From NCBI RefSeq assembly GCF_032444005.1, contig NC_091285.1, forward strand, positions 531,340,001-531,404,000: DNA of 64,000 nt. The letters are read 5' to 3'. Of the stretch, positions 10,701 through 21,648 are shown one piece after another. The notes under the pieces were generated by a model. That model saw only the letters and a list, made by a program, of their open reading frames with translations. It had not been told where the DNA came from and did not search any database. The DNA comes from Ranitomeya imitator (taxonomy: Eukaryota). Within the stretch, counting starts at the first letter, position 1. Each line of letters opens with the position of its first letter. A program made the translations under genes and the position numbers.

Positions 10701-11893
10701 GCTTCTTGGTAGTAGTACCCGTAAAAGATCTGACAGCAAAAACAGCAGCCAAAGCGTTCCAAACGTACTTTTGTAGACCCCATGGATATCCGGAACAGGT
10801 TCTCACCGACCAAGGTACAGCCTTTGAATCAGAGATCTTCAGAGAATTCTGTAATATGTATGGTTGCAAAAAGATCCGGACGACGGCCTATCATCCACAA
10901 ACAAACGGCTTATGCGAGAAGATGAACCATATTGTAATAGAACTACTAAAGACTTTACCTGAGGCAGAAAGGAATCAATGGCCAGAGAAATTGCCTGACT
11001 TGGTGGATCTGTATAATCATGTCCCGGTGAGTTCCACCAATTGCACCCCAGCTTACCTTATGCGTGCAAGACCCGGCCAATTACCAATCGATCTAGAAAT
11101 GGGAATTCTGAAACCAGACGCAGAAGTCCAAGACTCCAATTGGGATATCATACGGCAAAAGCAGTATCGCCAAGTGCAAGAGAGTGTGGAAAGAAGCCTT
11201 CAGCAAACTAGAGAAAGACAAGAGCGAACTTTCAACCAGAATGCTCTAGCGACCCCATTAAGACCAGGTGACCAAGTGCTCAAGAGAAATCGTCGAACCA
11301 ATAAACTGGACAATCAGTGGGAAGCCGTACCCTACACAGTTTTACCAACAAGAGTGGATAATCCTAAAATGTGTCTCATTAGCAAAAACGGAGGCTTAAC
11401 ATCTGTACTAGTGTCAAGAGACAATCTTAAATTATGTCCGGAAGCATTGAAAGAGCCAGACGTTGTCCAGCCAGAACCAGAAGTTATTCAACCCATATAG
11501 GTTCAACCAGTAAAGGAAAAAGAAGAGGAAGTGTATCACACCTGTATAGGAGACTTTCCCAAAACCCTACTAACATACCATGGTGCAGTAGTGGTTCCCA
11601 TGGTGGCCTTTTACCCAACACCAAACCCAATACCAGAAGTCCCAAGACAGGAAGAGGCTGACCCCGTACTACAGGAGGTTCCAGGCCAGGAAGAACAGAT
11701 TCCTGGTCAGAGTAATCCCATTCACGGTGGACTTGCCAACTCCATAGTCGTGGAATTATCTTTAGCAGAGCGGGCAGATACTACATCCGCAGTAGACAGT
11801 AGTACACCACATGAAGAGACACCGCTATTACGTAGATCACAGCGTAGTACCCAGGGTCAATTACCGGCCAGGTATGCAGATTACCAACTATAA
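7757..11893 (+). CDS. pol: Gypsy Pol polyprotein (protease, RT, RNase H, integrase); TAG at 11498-11500 separates an in-frame C-terminal tail
   Basis: LLDTGS (PR), YLDD (RT), LYTDAS (RH), HNGAGH...CGPC plus D-D-E (MDHV, TDQG, LCEK) for IN. ORF 11531-11893 is in the same frame and ends in LRRSQRSTQGQLPARY. Confidence 0.95.
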
Positions 11894-12366
11894 AGCTCAT
11901 AATGTGAATTGTATATATGTTATGCCGTATATAGTTAAACAGAAAATGTAGTATAGTCATTGTTATCAGTCTGCAACGTTTAAGCCCAGTGCCTACAGAG
12001 ACTTGTCTGTATGAACTTCTTGCATATTCTTGAACTTTTTATCAGCCCGGAGGCACTAAATCAAAGCTCCGGAAAGACTGCTTTTTGAACTTTGCTCCTC
12101 GCTCTTTTTGAACTTTCTTTAGACTTTATATTGATAACTCCGTTGGAAAAATGGAGCTAAATTCCTGGACACAAAGTGCAGTGCCTTTCCTAGTACCTTC
12201 AAGGATAGAACTGTATTAATGGACGCTATTTGAAGTGACTTTGTACAGAACTATATTTTTGTTTCCTCGAGTGGTTTTTGTAACTTTTCATTTTTAAGAC
12301 TCTGTACATATTAATTGTTATTTCAAAATGTTATTGTCCCACAGTCCCGGAGTACTGTTCTTAACT

Positions 12367-12375
12367 AAGGGGGAA
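12367..12375 (+). promoter_or_regulatory. Polypurine tract
   Basis: aagggggaa immediately before the 3' LTR. Confidence 0.85.
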
Positions 12376-13264
12376 TGTGGCACCCCTAGGGGTATTTGCC
12401 ACAAAAATAGTTACTGACAGTAAATGCAAATACTAAAATAGCAAGACTGCACTACCACCTCCGGCCAGAAGGGGGAGCTCCAGAGACTCCCCTTGATCCA
12501 TTCTGGTCTGAGAGAAGAACTGGCAGTTGGGCTAAGGAGCTGAAAGTGAGAGGTCATACAGTTGAATCTCTAACAGCCCTGTGACTGTTACCAGGCCTAA
12601 ATCACCGGCCTGAGGAGAAGAGGGATAGAGAAAAAGGACATTGTGAGAACCGGGTAGCATTAATCACTACCCAGAACAGGCGCAAAGACGGATACCGGAT
12701 CCGTGGCTGTATTCATTACATATAATACAGCAACCGGAAAAACGTGAGGTGATATCAGCTTCACTAGGGTCGGACGCAGCAACAGACACAGAGTTCAGCG
12801 GTACTCCTGGAGGGGGTAAGCCGATAAAAGGACTCGGGTTGCCCGTCGAACCAGGACCCGGAGGGGACAGATTGGGCCGGCAGCCAGTTCACATACAGCA
12901 GCAGGGCCACACAGATATTGCGTACAATAAGAGGCGAAGACCCCGGCAGGGTCAAAGTAACTCAGAGTTCCCATACAGACTCCGGTGACAGGACTGGTTG
13001 TAAATCCTTTTTTGTTAAAGTAAACTGGTTAAACGTTTCAGTGCCTCAGTCTTTCATTTGGACAATAGCCATCTATCCAGGATTGGGATCATCACCGCTG
13101 GGAGAACCTGCTGCTGATCAAGTAAGTGCCTGTTCCCTCACGATACCCTTTACACTGTGCATTGCCTGAGGCCACAGCACCGGGTCAAGCCACCCGTGAC
13201 ACCCCCCTCAACAGACAGACCCCATTGGTCCGGTGCTGGGTACCCCGGTCTCTTGGGCGTCACA
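12376..13264 (+). repeat. 3' LTR
   Basis: Direct repeat of 5361-6249. Confidence 0.98.
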
Positions 13265-13379
13265 GTTTTATGCTGTCTGGATGCTGGCTGGAGTCTTCCT
13301 GGCACATTTGGGGTTGAAGGCCCAGGCCAGGTTTATATAGATTTGGGGGTGTCTGGTGAATTGGCTATAAAATCCTGAT

Positions 13380-13735
13380 TCTGAGCATGCTCAGTGTAAA
13401 AAAAGTATTGCAGCGCTGCATTCCGTCATATGACAGATCCTGCGTCCACAGGCTTCCATTCTAGCCAACGACGCATGCCGCAGGATGCGTCGCGACACTT
13501 TTTCCCGGCGCAGACAAAAAACGTTACAATCAACGTTTTTTCCAGACGACGTATCGCCAAATTCCGATGCATCCGTCGCACGACGTATGCGACATGTGAC
13601 AATCCGTCGCGATGCGTCGCCAATACAAGTCAATGAGAAAAAAACGCATCCTGCGGGAGATTTTGCAGGATGCGTTTTTTTTCACAAAACGACGCATTTT
13701 GACGTCCGACAGAAAACGCTAGTGTGAAAGTAGCC
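13380..13735. mobile_element. One arm of a Harbinger-type MITE
   Basis: Ends cgctagtgtgaaagtagcc followed by TTA. Internal gacgcat/atgcgtc palindromic repeats. No matching left TIR found. Confidence 0.6.
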
Positions 13736-13990
13736 TTAGTGTGTAAGCACAGGCTCGTATTGAACAGCAAGGTGGATTGCTGCTGAGGGGAAAGAGGGGA
13801 AAAAAAAAATATATATTCTTTAAATCTTCAGCTTAGCGAGTGTGACCTGAGCGTAAGTGTGTGACTTGTGATTCAGTGACTTTGGATTCAGGGAGTTTCC
13901 AAGGGAGGAATTACTGAATTGCTGTATGTGTTTTATTGATACTTTGCATTTATTTTTTATTTTAACGTTTGGTGCAATCCCCATTAGGAA

Positions 13991-14972
13991 ATGTGCTCCA
14001 CTATTGTTAATGCCATCCAGTGCACGTCTTGCCACAGGTATGCAGTCCTTGAGAAGCTGGTTGAGGGTGCACACTGCTGTGCGAGATGTGAGCATGTTGT
14101 GCACTTGGAAACCCAGATTCTGAATCTAAATGTGCAGCTGGCAACACTGAGATCCATTGACAATATGGAAAGGAGTCTTCTGCTCACTGAGCAGATGCTC
14201 AATGGGATAAATGAGGGGGGGATGGTAGGATGGAGCTGCAGGACAGTGGAGTAGCAAGCTGGGTGATAGTTAGAAGGCCGGGTAGAGGGAAGAGTGCCAG
14301 GGAGGCTAGTCCTGATCTGGCACACCCCAATAAGTTTGCTAAGTTGGCAGATGAGGGGGTGCCAGTACAGGGGTAGCACTGCTGCAGCCAGGCATGTCCT
14401 CTGAAAGCCGGAGGAGTGACTGCTCCAGTAAGGAGGGAAATAGGAGAGCAGGGCAGGACAGACAGGTCCTGGTTGTGGGGGACTTAATTATTAGGGGAAC
14501 AGATAGGGCAATTTGCCACAAAGACATGGATCGTCGAACGGTGTGCTGCATACCTGGCGCTCGAGTCTGACACATCGCTGATCGGGTGGACAGATTACTG
14601 GGAGGGGCTGGTGAGGACCCAGCGGTCATGGTGCACATTGGCACAAATGACAAAGTTAGAGGTAGGTGGAACGTCCTTAAAAACGATTTCAGGGAATTAG
14701 GCTGCAAGCTGAAAGCAAGGACCTCCAAGGTGGTATTTTCCGAAATACTGCCTGTACCACGTGCCAGGCCAGAGAGGCAACGGGAGATTAGGGAGGTTAA
14801 TAAGTGGCTCAAGAATTGGTGTAGGAAGGAGGGGTTTGGGTTCCTGCAGAACTGGGCCGACTTGTCAGTTGGCTACAGGCTCTACGCTAGGGACTGGCTG
14901 CACCTCAATGGGGAGGGTGCAGCTGTGCTGGGGGAGAAAATGGCTAGAAGGTTGGAGGAGTGTTTTAACTAG
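13991..14972 (+). pseudogene. CR1 ORF1 (zinc finger plus esterase), frameshifted
   Basis: CTSC...CARC, then VMVHIGTNDK...DWLHLNGEG, ending ECFN*. Confidence 0.85.
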
Positions 14973-16399
14973 GAAATGGGGGAGAGAGTATTCATTTTAT
15001 AGGAGGGGAAGATAGTGCAGATAGAGACTTGGGCACAAATAAGGAAGTTGGGGGTGGCTGTGGCATGGGGTGTGGGGTTAGATCAATTAATAATTTAAGA
15101 AAGAATAGAGGTGCAGAGAGATACATAAAATGTATGCATACTAATGCCAGAAGCCTCGCCAACAAAATGGACGAATTAGAATTAATGTTGTTGGAGCATA
15201 ATTATGACATGGTGGGGATAACTGAAACGTGGCTGGATGAGAGCCATGACTGGGCTGTCAACTTGCAGGGCTATAGTCTATTCAGAAATGACCGAACGGA
15301 TAAGCGAGGAGGAGGGGTGTGTCTATATGTAAAATCATCCTAAAAACCCATCCTGGGTGATAATATAGGTGAATTTAATGAAAATGTAGAATCCCTGTGG
15401 GTGCAGATAAGGGGAGGGGGGAAAATTTATAAATTACTGATAGGGGTTTGTTATAAGTCTCCAAAAATAATGGAAGCAACGGAGAATATCCTCATAAAGC
15501 AAATAGATGAAGCTGCGACTCAAGGAGAAGTCATTATTATGAGGGACTTCAACTACCCTGAAATAGATTGGGGAACGGAAAGCTGCAGTTCCAGCAAAGG
15601 TAATCGGTTTTTGACAACTTTGAGAGACAATTACCTTTCACAATTGGTTCAGGACCCAACAAGAAGGTGGGCACTGCTAGACCTAATATTAACCAACAGG
15701 CCAGACCGCATATCAAATATAAGGGTTTGGAGTCACTTTGGGAATGGTGATCACAAAATAATAAGTTTTCATGTATCCTTTAACCCCTTCATGACCCAGC
15801 CTATTTTGACCTTAAAGACCTTGCCGTTTTTTGCAATTCTGACCAGTGTCCCTTTATGAGGTAATAACTCAGGAACGCTTCAACGGATCCTAGCGGTTCT
15901 GAGATTGTTTTTTCGTGACATATTGGGCTTCATGTTAGTGGTAAATTTAGGTCAATAAATTCTGCGTTTGTTTGTGATAAAAACGGAAATTTGGCGAAAA
16001 TTTTGAAAATTTCGCAATTTTCACATTTTGAATTTTTATTCTGTTAAACCAGAGAGATATGTGACACAAAATAGTTAATAAATAACATTTCCCACATGTT
16101 TACTTTACATCAGCACAATTTTGGAAACAAAATTTTTTTTTGTTAGGAAGTTATAAGGGTTAAAATTTGACCAGCGATTTCTCATTTTTACAACGAAATT
16201 TACAAAACCATTTTTTTTAGGGACCACCTCACATTTGAAGTCAGTTTGAGGGGTCTATATGGCTGAAAATACCCAAAAGTGACACCATTCTAAAAACTGC
16301 ACCCCTCAAGGTACTCAAAACCACATTTAAGAAGTTTATTAACCCTTCAGGTGCTTCACAGCAGCAGAAGCAACATGGAAGGAAAAAATGAACATTTAA

Positions 16400-19370
16400 C
16401 TTTTTAGTCACAAAAATTATCTTTTAGCAACAATTTTTTTATTTTCCCAATGGTAAAAGGAGAAACTGAACCACGAAAGTTGTCCAATTTGTCCTGAGTA
16501 CGCTGATACCTCATATGTGGGGGTAAACCACTGTTTGGGCGCACGGCAGGGCTTGGAAGGGAAGGAGCGCCATTTGACTTTTTGAATCAAAAATTGGCTC
16601 CACTCTTTAGCGGACACCATGTCACGTTTGGAGAGCCCCCGTGTGCCTAAAAATTGGAGCTCCCCCACTTGGAAACTAGACGCCCCAAGGAACTTATCTA
16701 GATGCATAGTGAGCACTTTGAACCCCCAGGTGCTTCACAAATTGATCCGTAAAAATGAAAAAGTACTTTTTTTTCACAAAAAAATTCTTTTAGCCTCAAT
16801 TTTTTCATTTTCACAAGGGCAACAGGATAAAATGGATCCTAAAATGTGTTGGGCAATTTCTCCTGAGTACACCAATACCTCACATGTGGGGGTAAACCAC
16901 TGTTTGGGCACATGGTAAGGCTCGGAAGGGAAGGAGCGCCATTTGACTTTTTGAATGAAAAATTATTTCCATCATTAGCGGACACCATGTCGCGTTTGGA
17001 TAGCTCCTGTGTGCCTAAACATTGGCGCTCCCCCACAAGTGACCCCATTTTGGAAACTAGACCCCCCAAGGAACTTATTTAGATGCCTAGTGAGCACTTT
17101 AAACCCTCAGGTGCTTCACAAATTGATCTGTAAAAATGAAAAAGTACTTTTTTTTCACAAAAAAATTCTTTTCGCCTCAATTTTTTCATTTTCACATGAG
17201 CAGTAGGATAAAATGGATCACAAAATTTGTTGGGCAATTTCTCCTGAGTACGCCGATACCTCATATGTGGGGGTAAACCACTGTTTGGGCACTCGGCAGG
17301 GCTCGGAAGGGAAGGCACGCCATTTGACTTTTTGAATGGAAAATTAGCTCCAATTGTTAGCGGACACCATGTCGCGTTTGGAGAGCCCCTGTGTGCCTAA
17401 ACATTGGAGCTCCCCCACAAGTGACCCCATTGTGGAAACTAGACCCCCCAAGGAACTTATCTAGATGCATATTGAGCACTTTAAACCCCCAGGTGCTTCA
17501 CAGAAGTTTATAACGCAGAGCCATGAAAATAAAAAATAATTTGTCTTTCCTCAAAAATGATTTTTTAGCCTGGAATTTCCTATTTTGCCAAGGATAATAG
17601 GAGAAATTGGACCCCAAATATTGTTGTCCAGTTTGTCCTGAGTACGCTGATACCCCATATGTGGGGGTAAACCACTGTTTGGGCACACGGCAGGGCTCGG
17701 AAGGGATGGCACGCCATTTGGCTTTTTAAATGGAAAATTCGCTCCAATCATTAGCGGACACCATGTCACGTTTGGAGAGCCCCTGTGTGCCTAAACATTG
17801 GAGATCCCTCAGAAATGACCCCATTTTGGAAACTAGACCCCCAAAGGAACTAATCTAGATGTGTGGTGAGGACTTTGAACCCCCAAGTGCTTCACAGAAG
17901 TTTATAACGCAGAGCCATGAAAATAAAAAAAAAAAATATTTTCTCAAAAATGATCTTTTAGCCTGCAATTTTTTATTTTCCCAAGGGTAACAGGAGAAAT
18001 TTGACCCCAAAAGTTGTTGTCCAGTTTCTCCTGAGTACGCTGATACCCCATATGTGGGGGTAAACCACTGTTTGGGCACATGCCGAGGCTCGGAAGTGAA
18101 GTAGTGACGTTTTGAAATGCAGACTTTGATGGAATGCTCTGTGGGCGTCACGTTGCGTTTGCAGAGCCCCTGATGTGGCTTAACAGTAGAAACCCCCCAC
18201 AAGTGACCCCATTTTGGAAACTAGACCCCGAAAGGAACTTATCTAGATGTGTGGTGAGCACTTTGAACCCCCAAGTGCTTCATAGAAGTTTATAATGCAG
18301 AGCCATGAAAATAATAAATACGTTTTCGTTCCTCAAAAATAATTATTTAGCCCAGAATTTTTTAATTTTCCCAAGGGTAACAGGAGAAATTTGACCCCAA
18401 TATTTGTTGTCCAGTTTCTCCTGAGTACGGTGATACCCCATATGTGGGGGTAAACTACTGTTTGGGCACATGCTGGGGCTCGGAATTGAAGTAGTGACGT
18501 TTTGAAATGCAGACTTTGATGGAATGCTCTGCGGGCGTCATGTTGCGTTTGCAGAGCCCCTGATGTGCCTAAACAGTAGAAACCCCCCACAAGTGACCCC
18601 ATTTTGGAAACTAGACCCCGAAAGGAACTTATCTAGATGTGTGGTGAGCACTTTGAACCCCCAAGTGCTTCATAGAAGTTTAAAATGCAGAGCCGTGAAA
18701 ATAATAAATACGTTTTCTTTCTTCAAAAATAATTATTTAGCCCAGAATTTTTTACTTTCCCCAGGGTTACAGGAGAAATTGGACCCCAAGAGTTGTTGTC
18801 CAGTTTCTCCTGAGTACTCTGATACCCCATGTGTGGGGGTAAACCACTGTTTGGGCACATGTCGGGGCTCAGAAGGGAAGTAGTGACTTTTGAAATGCAG
18901 ACTTTGATGGAATGGTCTGCGGGCGTCACATTGCGTTTGCAGAGCCCCTGGTGTGCCTAAACAGTAGAAACCCCCCACAAGTGACCCCATTTTGGAAACT
19001 AGACCCCCCAAGGAACTTATCTAGATGTAAGGTGAGCACTTTGAACCCCCAAGTGCTTCACAGACGTTTACAACGCAGAGCCGTGAAAATAAAAAATCAT
19101 TTTTCTTTCCTCAAAAATGATGTTTTAGCAAGCATTTTTTTAGATTCACAAGGGTAACAGGAGAAATTGGACCCCAGTAATTGTTGCGCAGTTTATCATG
19201 AGTATGCTGGTACCCCATATGTGGGGGTAAACCACTGTTTGGGCACACGTCAGGGCTCGGAAGTGAGGGAGCACCATTTGACTTTTTGAATACGAGATTG
19301 GCTGGAATCAATGGTGGTGCCATGTTGCGTTTGGAGACCCCTGATGTGCCTAAACAGTGGTAACCCCTCA
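16400..19370. repeat. Internal tandem array, 8 copies of a ~385-bp unit
   Basis: gggtaaac landmark at 16521, 16890, 17271, 17665, 18058, 18448, 18837 and 19225. Confidence 0.92.
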
Positions 19371-19384
19371 ATTCTACCTCCAAC

Positions 19385-19478
19385 ACTAACCCCAACACAC
19401 CCCTAACCCTAATCCCAACTGTAGCCATAACCCTAATCACAACCCTAACCACAACCCTAATTCCAACCCTAACCCTAA
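19385..19478. repeat. Degenerate telomere-like (CCCTAA)n tract, left part
   Basis: ccctaaccctaatcccaac...aaccctaaccctaa. Confidence 0.8.
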
Positions 19479-19836
19479 GGCTATGTGCCCACGTTGCGGA
19501 TTCGTGTGAGATATTTCCGCACCATTTTTGAAAAATCCGCGGGTAAAAGACACTGCGTTTTACCTGCGGATTTACCGCGGATTTCCAGCATTTTTTGTGC
19601 GGATTTCACCTGCGGATTCCTATTGAGGAACAGGTGTAAAATGCTGCGGAATCCGCACAAAGAATTGACATGCTGCGGAAAATACAACGCAGCGTTTCCG
19701 CGCGGTATTTTCCGCACCATGGGCACAGCGGATTTGGTTTTTCATATGTTTACATGGTACTGTAAACCTGATGGAACACTGCTGCGAATCCGCAGCGGCC
19801 AATCCGCAGCCAAATCCGCACCGTGTGCACATAGCC
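19479..19836. mobile_element. Harbinger-type MITE (358 bp)
   Basis: ggctatgtgcccacg ... cgtgtgcacatagcc; TAA on both sides. Confidence 0.88.
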
Positions 19837-19845
19837 TAATTCTAA

Positions 19846-20191
19846 AGGTATGTGAACACGCTGCAGAAAACGCTGCAGATCCGCAGCAGTTTCCCATGAG
19901 TTTACAGTTCAATGTAAACCTACGGGAAACAAAAATCGCTGTACACATGCTGCGGAAAAACTGCACGGAAACGCAGCGGTTTACATTCCGCAGCAAGTCT
20001 CTTCTTTCTGCGGATTCCGCAGCGGTTTTACAACTGCTCCAATAGAAAATCGCAATTGTAAAACCGCAGTGAAATGCGCAGAAAAAAAACGCGGTAAATC
20101 TGCCATAAATCCGCAGCGGTTTAGCACTGCGGATTTATCAAATCCGCAAAGTAAAAATCCGCAGAGGAACAGAATACGTGTGCACATGCCC
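19846..20191. mobile_element. Harbinger-type MITE (346 bp)
   Basis: aggtatgtgaacacg ... cgtgtgcacatgccc (imperfect TIRs); TAA on both sides. Confidence 0.8.
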
Positions 20192-20283
20192 TAACCCTAC
20201 CCCTACCCCTAGCCCTACCCCTAACCCTACCCCTAGCCCTAACCCTAACCCTACCCCTAACCCTACCCCTAACCCTATTCTAA
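20189..20283. repeat. Telomere-like (CCCTAA/CCCTAC/CCCTAG)n tract, right part
   Basis: About 15 consecutive hexamers. Confidence 0.9.
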
Positions 20284-20564
20284 CATTAGTGGAAAAAAAA
20301 AATTCTCTTTATTTTTTTATTGTCCCTACCTATGGGGGTGACAAAGGGGGGGGGGGGTCATTTATTATTTTTTTTATTTTGATCACTGAGATTATATCTC
20401 AGTGATCAAAATGCACTTTGGAACGAATCTGCCGGCCGGCAGATTCGGCGGGCGCACTGCGCATGCGCCCGCCATTTTGGAAGATGGCGGCGCCCAGGGA
20501 GAAGACGGACGTGACCCCGGCAGGATCGGTAAGTATGATGGGGTGGGGGGGACCACGGGGGGGA

Positions 20565-20790
20565 TCGGAGCACGGGGGGGGAATCGGAGTGCGGCAGGCG
20601 TGGAACGGAGCACGGAGGCGTGGAACGGAGCACGGGGGGGCTGGAACGGAGCACGGGGGGGCTGGAACGGAGCACGGGGGGTGGATCGGAGTGCAGGGGG
20701 GTGATTGGAGCACGGGGGGGGTGATTGGAGCACGGGGGGAGCGGACAAGAGCACAGGGGGGAGCGGAGCACTGGACGGAGGGGAGCCGGA
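20565..20790. repeat. G-rich minisatellite (ggaacggagcacggggggg-type, ~20-24 bp)
   Basis: Repeated ggagcacgggggg units. Confidence 0.8.
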
Positions 20791-21462
20791 GCAGTGTACC
20801 GGCCAGATCGGGGGGCTGGGAGGCGATCGGAGGGGTGGGGTGGGGGCACATTAGTATTTCCAGCCATGGCCGATGATATTGCAGCATCGGCCATGGCTGG
20901 ATTGTAATATTTCACCAGTTATAATAGGTGAAATATTACAAATCGCTCTGATTGGCAGTTTCACTTTCAACAGCCAATCAGAGCGATCGTAGCCACGAGG
21001 GGGTGAAGCCACCCCCCCTGGGCTAAACTACCACTCCCCCTGTCCCTGCAGATCGGGTGAAATGGGAGTTAACCCTTTCACCCGGCCTGCAGGGACGCGA
21101 TCTTTCCATGACGCCACATAGGCGTCATGGGTCGGATTGGCACCGACTTTCATGACGCCTACGTGGCGTCATGGGTCGGGAAGGGGTTAATAAGATGTGC
21201 AATAGAGGGGTTACAAGGACACTAAACTTCAGGAGGGCAAATTTCCAACAGATGAGAGATGATCTTAGTGCAATTAACTGGGACGATATCCTGAGACATA
21301 AAAATACACAAAGAAAATGGGAGACGTTTATTAGCATCCTGGATAGGACCTGTGCACAGTATATACCGTATGGGAATAAACATACCAGAAATAGGAGGAA
21401 ACCAATATGGCTAAATAGAGCTTTAAGGGGCGCAATAAGTGACAAAAAGAAAGCATTTAGAA

Positions 21463-21648
21463 CAGGGGTGTCAAATTGCATTCCTCGAGGGCCGCAAACC
21501 ATGCGTGTTTTCAAGATTTCCTTAGCTTTGCACAAGGTGCTGGAATCATTATGTGTGTAGGTGATTAAATTATCACCTGTGCAGTACAAGGAAATCCTGA
21601 AAACATGACCTGTTTGGGGCCCTTGAGGAATGCAGTTTGACACCTCTG
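21463..21648. mobile_element. hAT-type MITE (186 bp) inserted in CR1 ORF2
   Basis: TIRs caggggtgtcaaattgcattcctc / gaggaatgcagtttgacacctctg. 8-bp TSD atttagaa / atttagag. Confidence 0.88.

Larger units (their letters stand above)
5361..13264 (+). mobile_element. Full-length Ty3/Gypsy LTR retrotransposon (7904 bp), young
   Basis: 889-bp TG...CA LTRs with 5 differences counted by eye. 4-bp TSD GTTT (5357-5360, 13265-13268). PBS, PPT, gag, and pol in PR-RT-RH-IN order. Confidence 0.98.
15784..21186 (+). mobile_element. Non-autonomous piggyBac-like element (5.4 kb), TTAA TSD
   Basis: TTAA at 15780-15783 and 21187-21190. Ends CCCCTTCatGACCCA versus CCCCTTCccGACCCA (13/15). Removal restores the CR1 frame. 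No transposase ORF. Strand assignment is arbitrary. Confidence 0.85.

Noticed and set aside
19385-20283. Telomere-like tracts as a chromosome fusion site or a Pro/Asn/Thr-rich protein (ORF 20178-20405)
   Set aside because: The tract is single-orientation, short, and an internal part of a TE that recurs at 62298.
20392-20915. Overlapping Pro/Gly-rich ORFs
   Set aside because: They are products of a G-rich minisatellite and high GC content.
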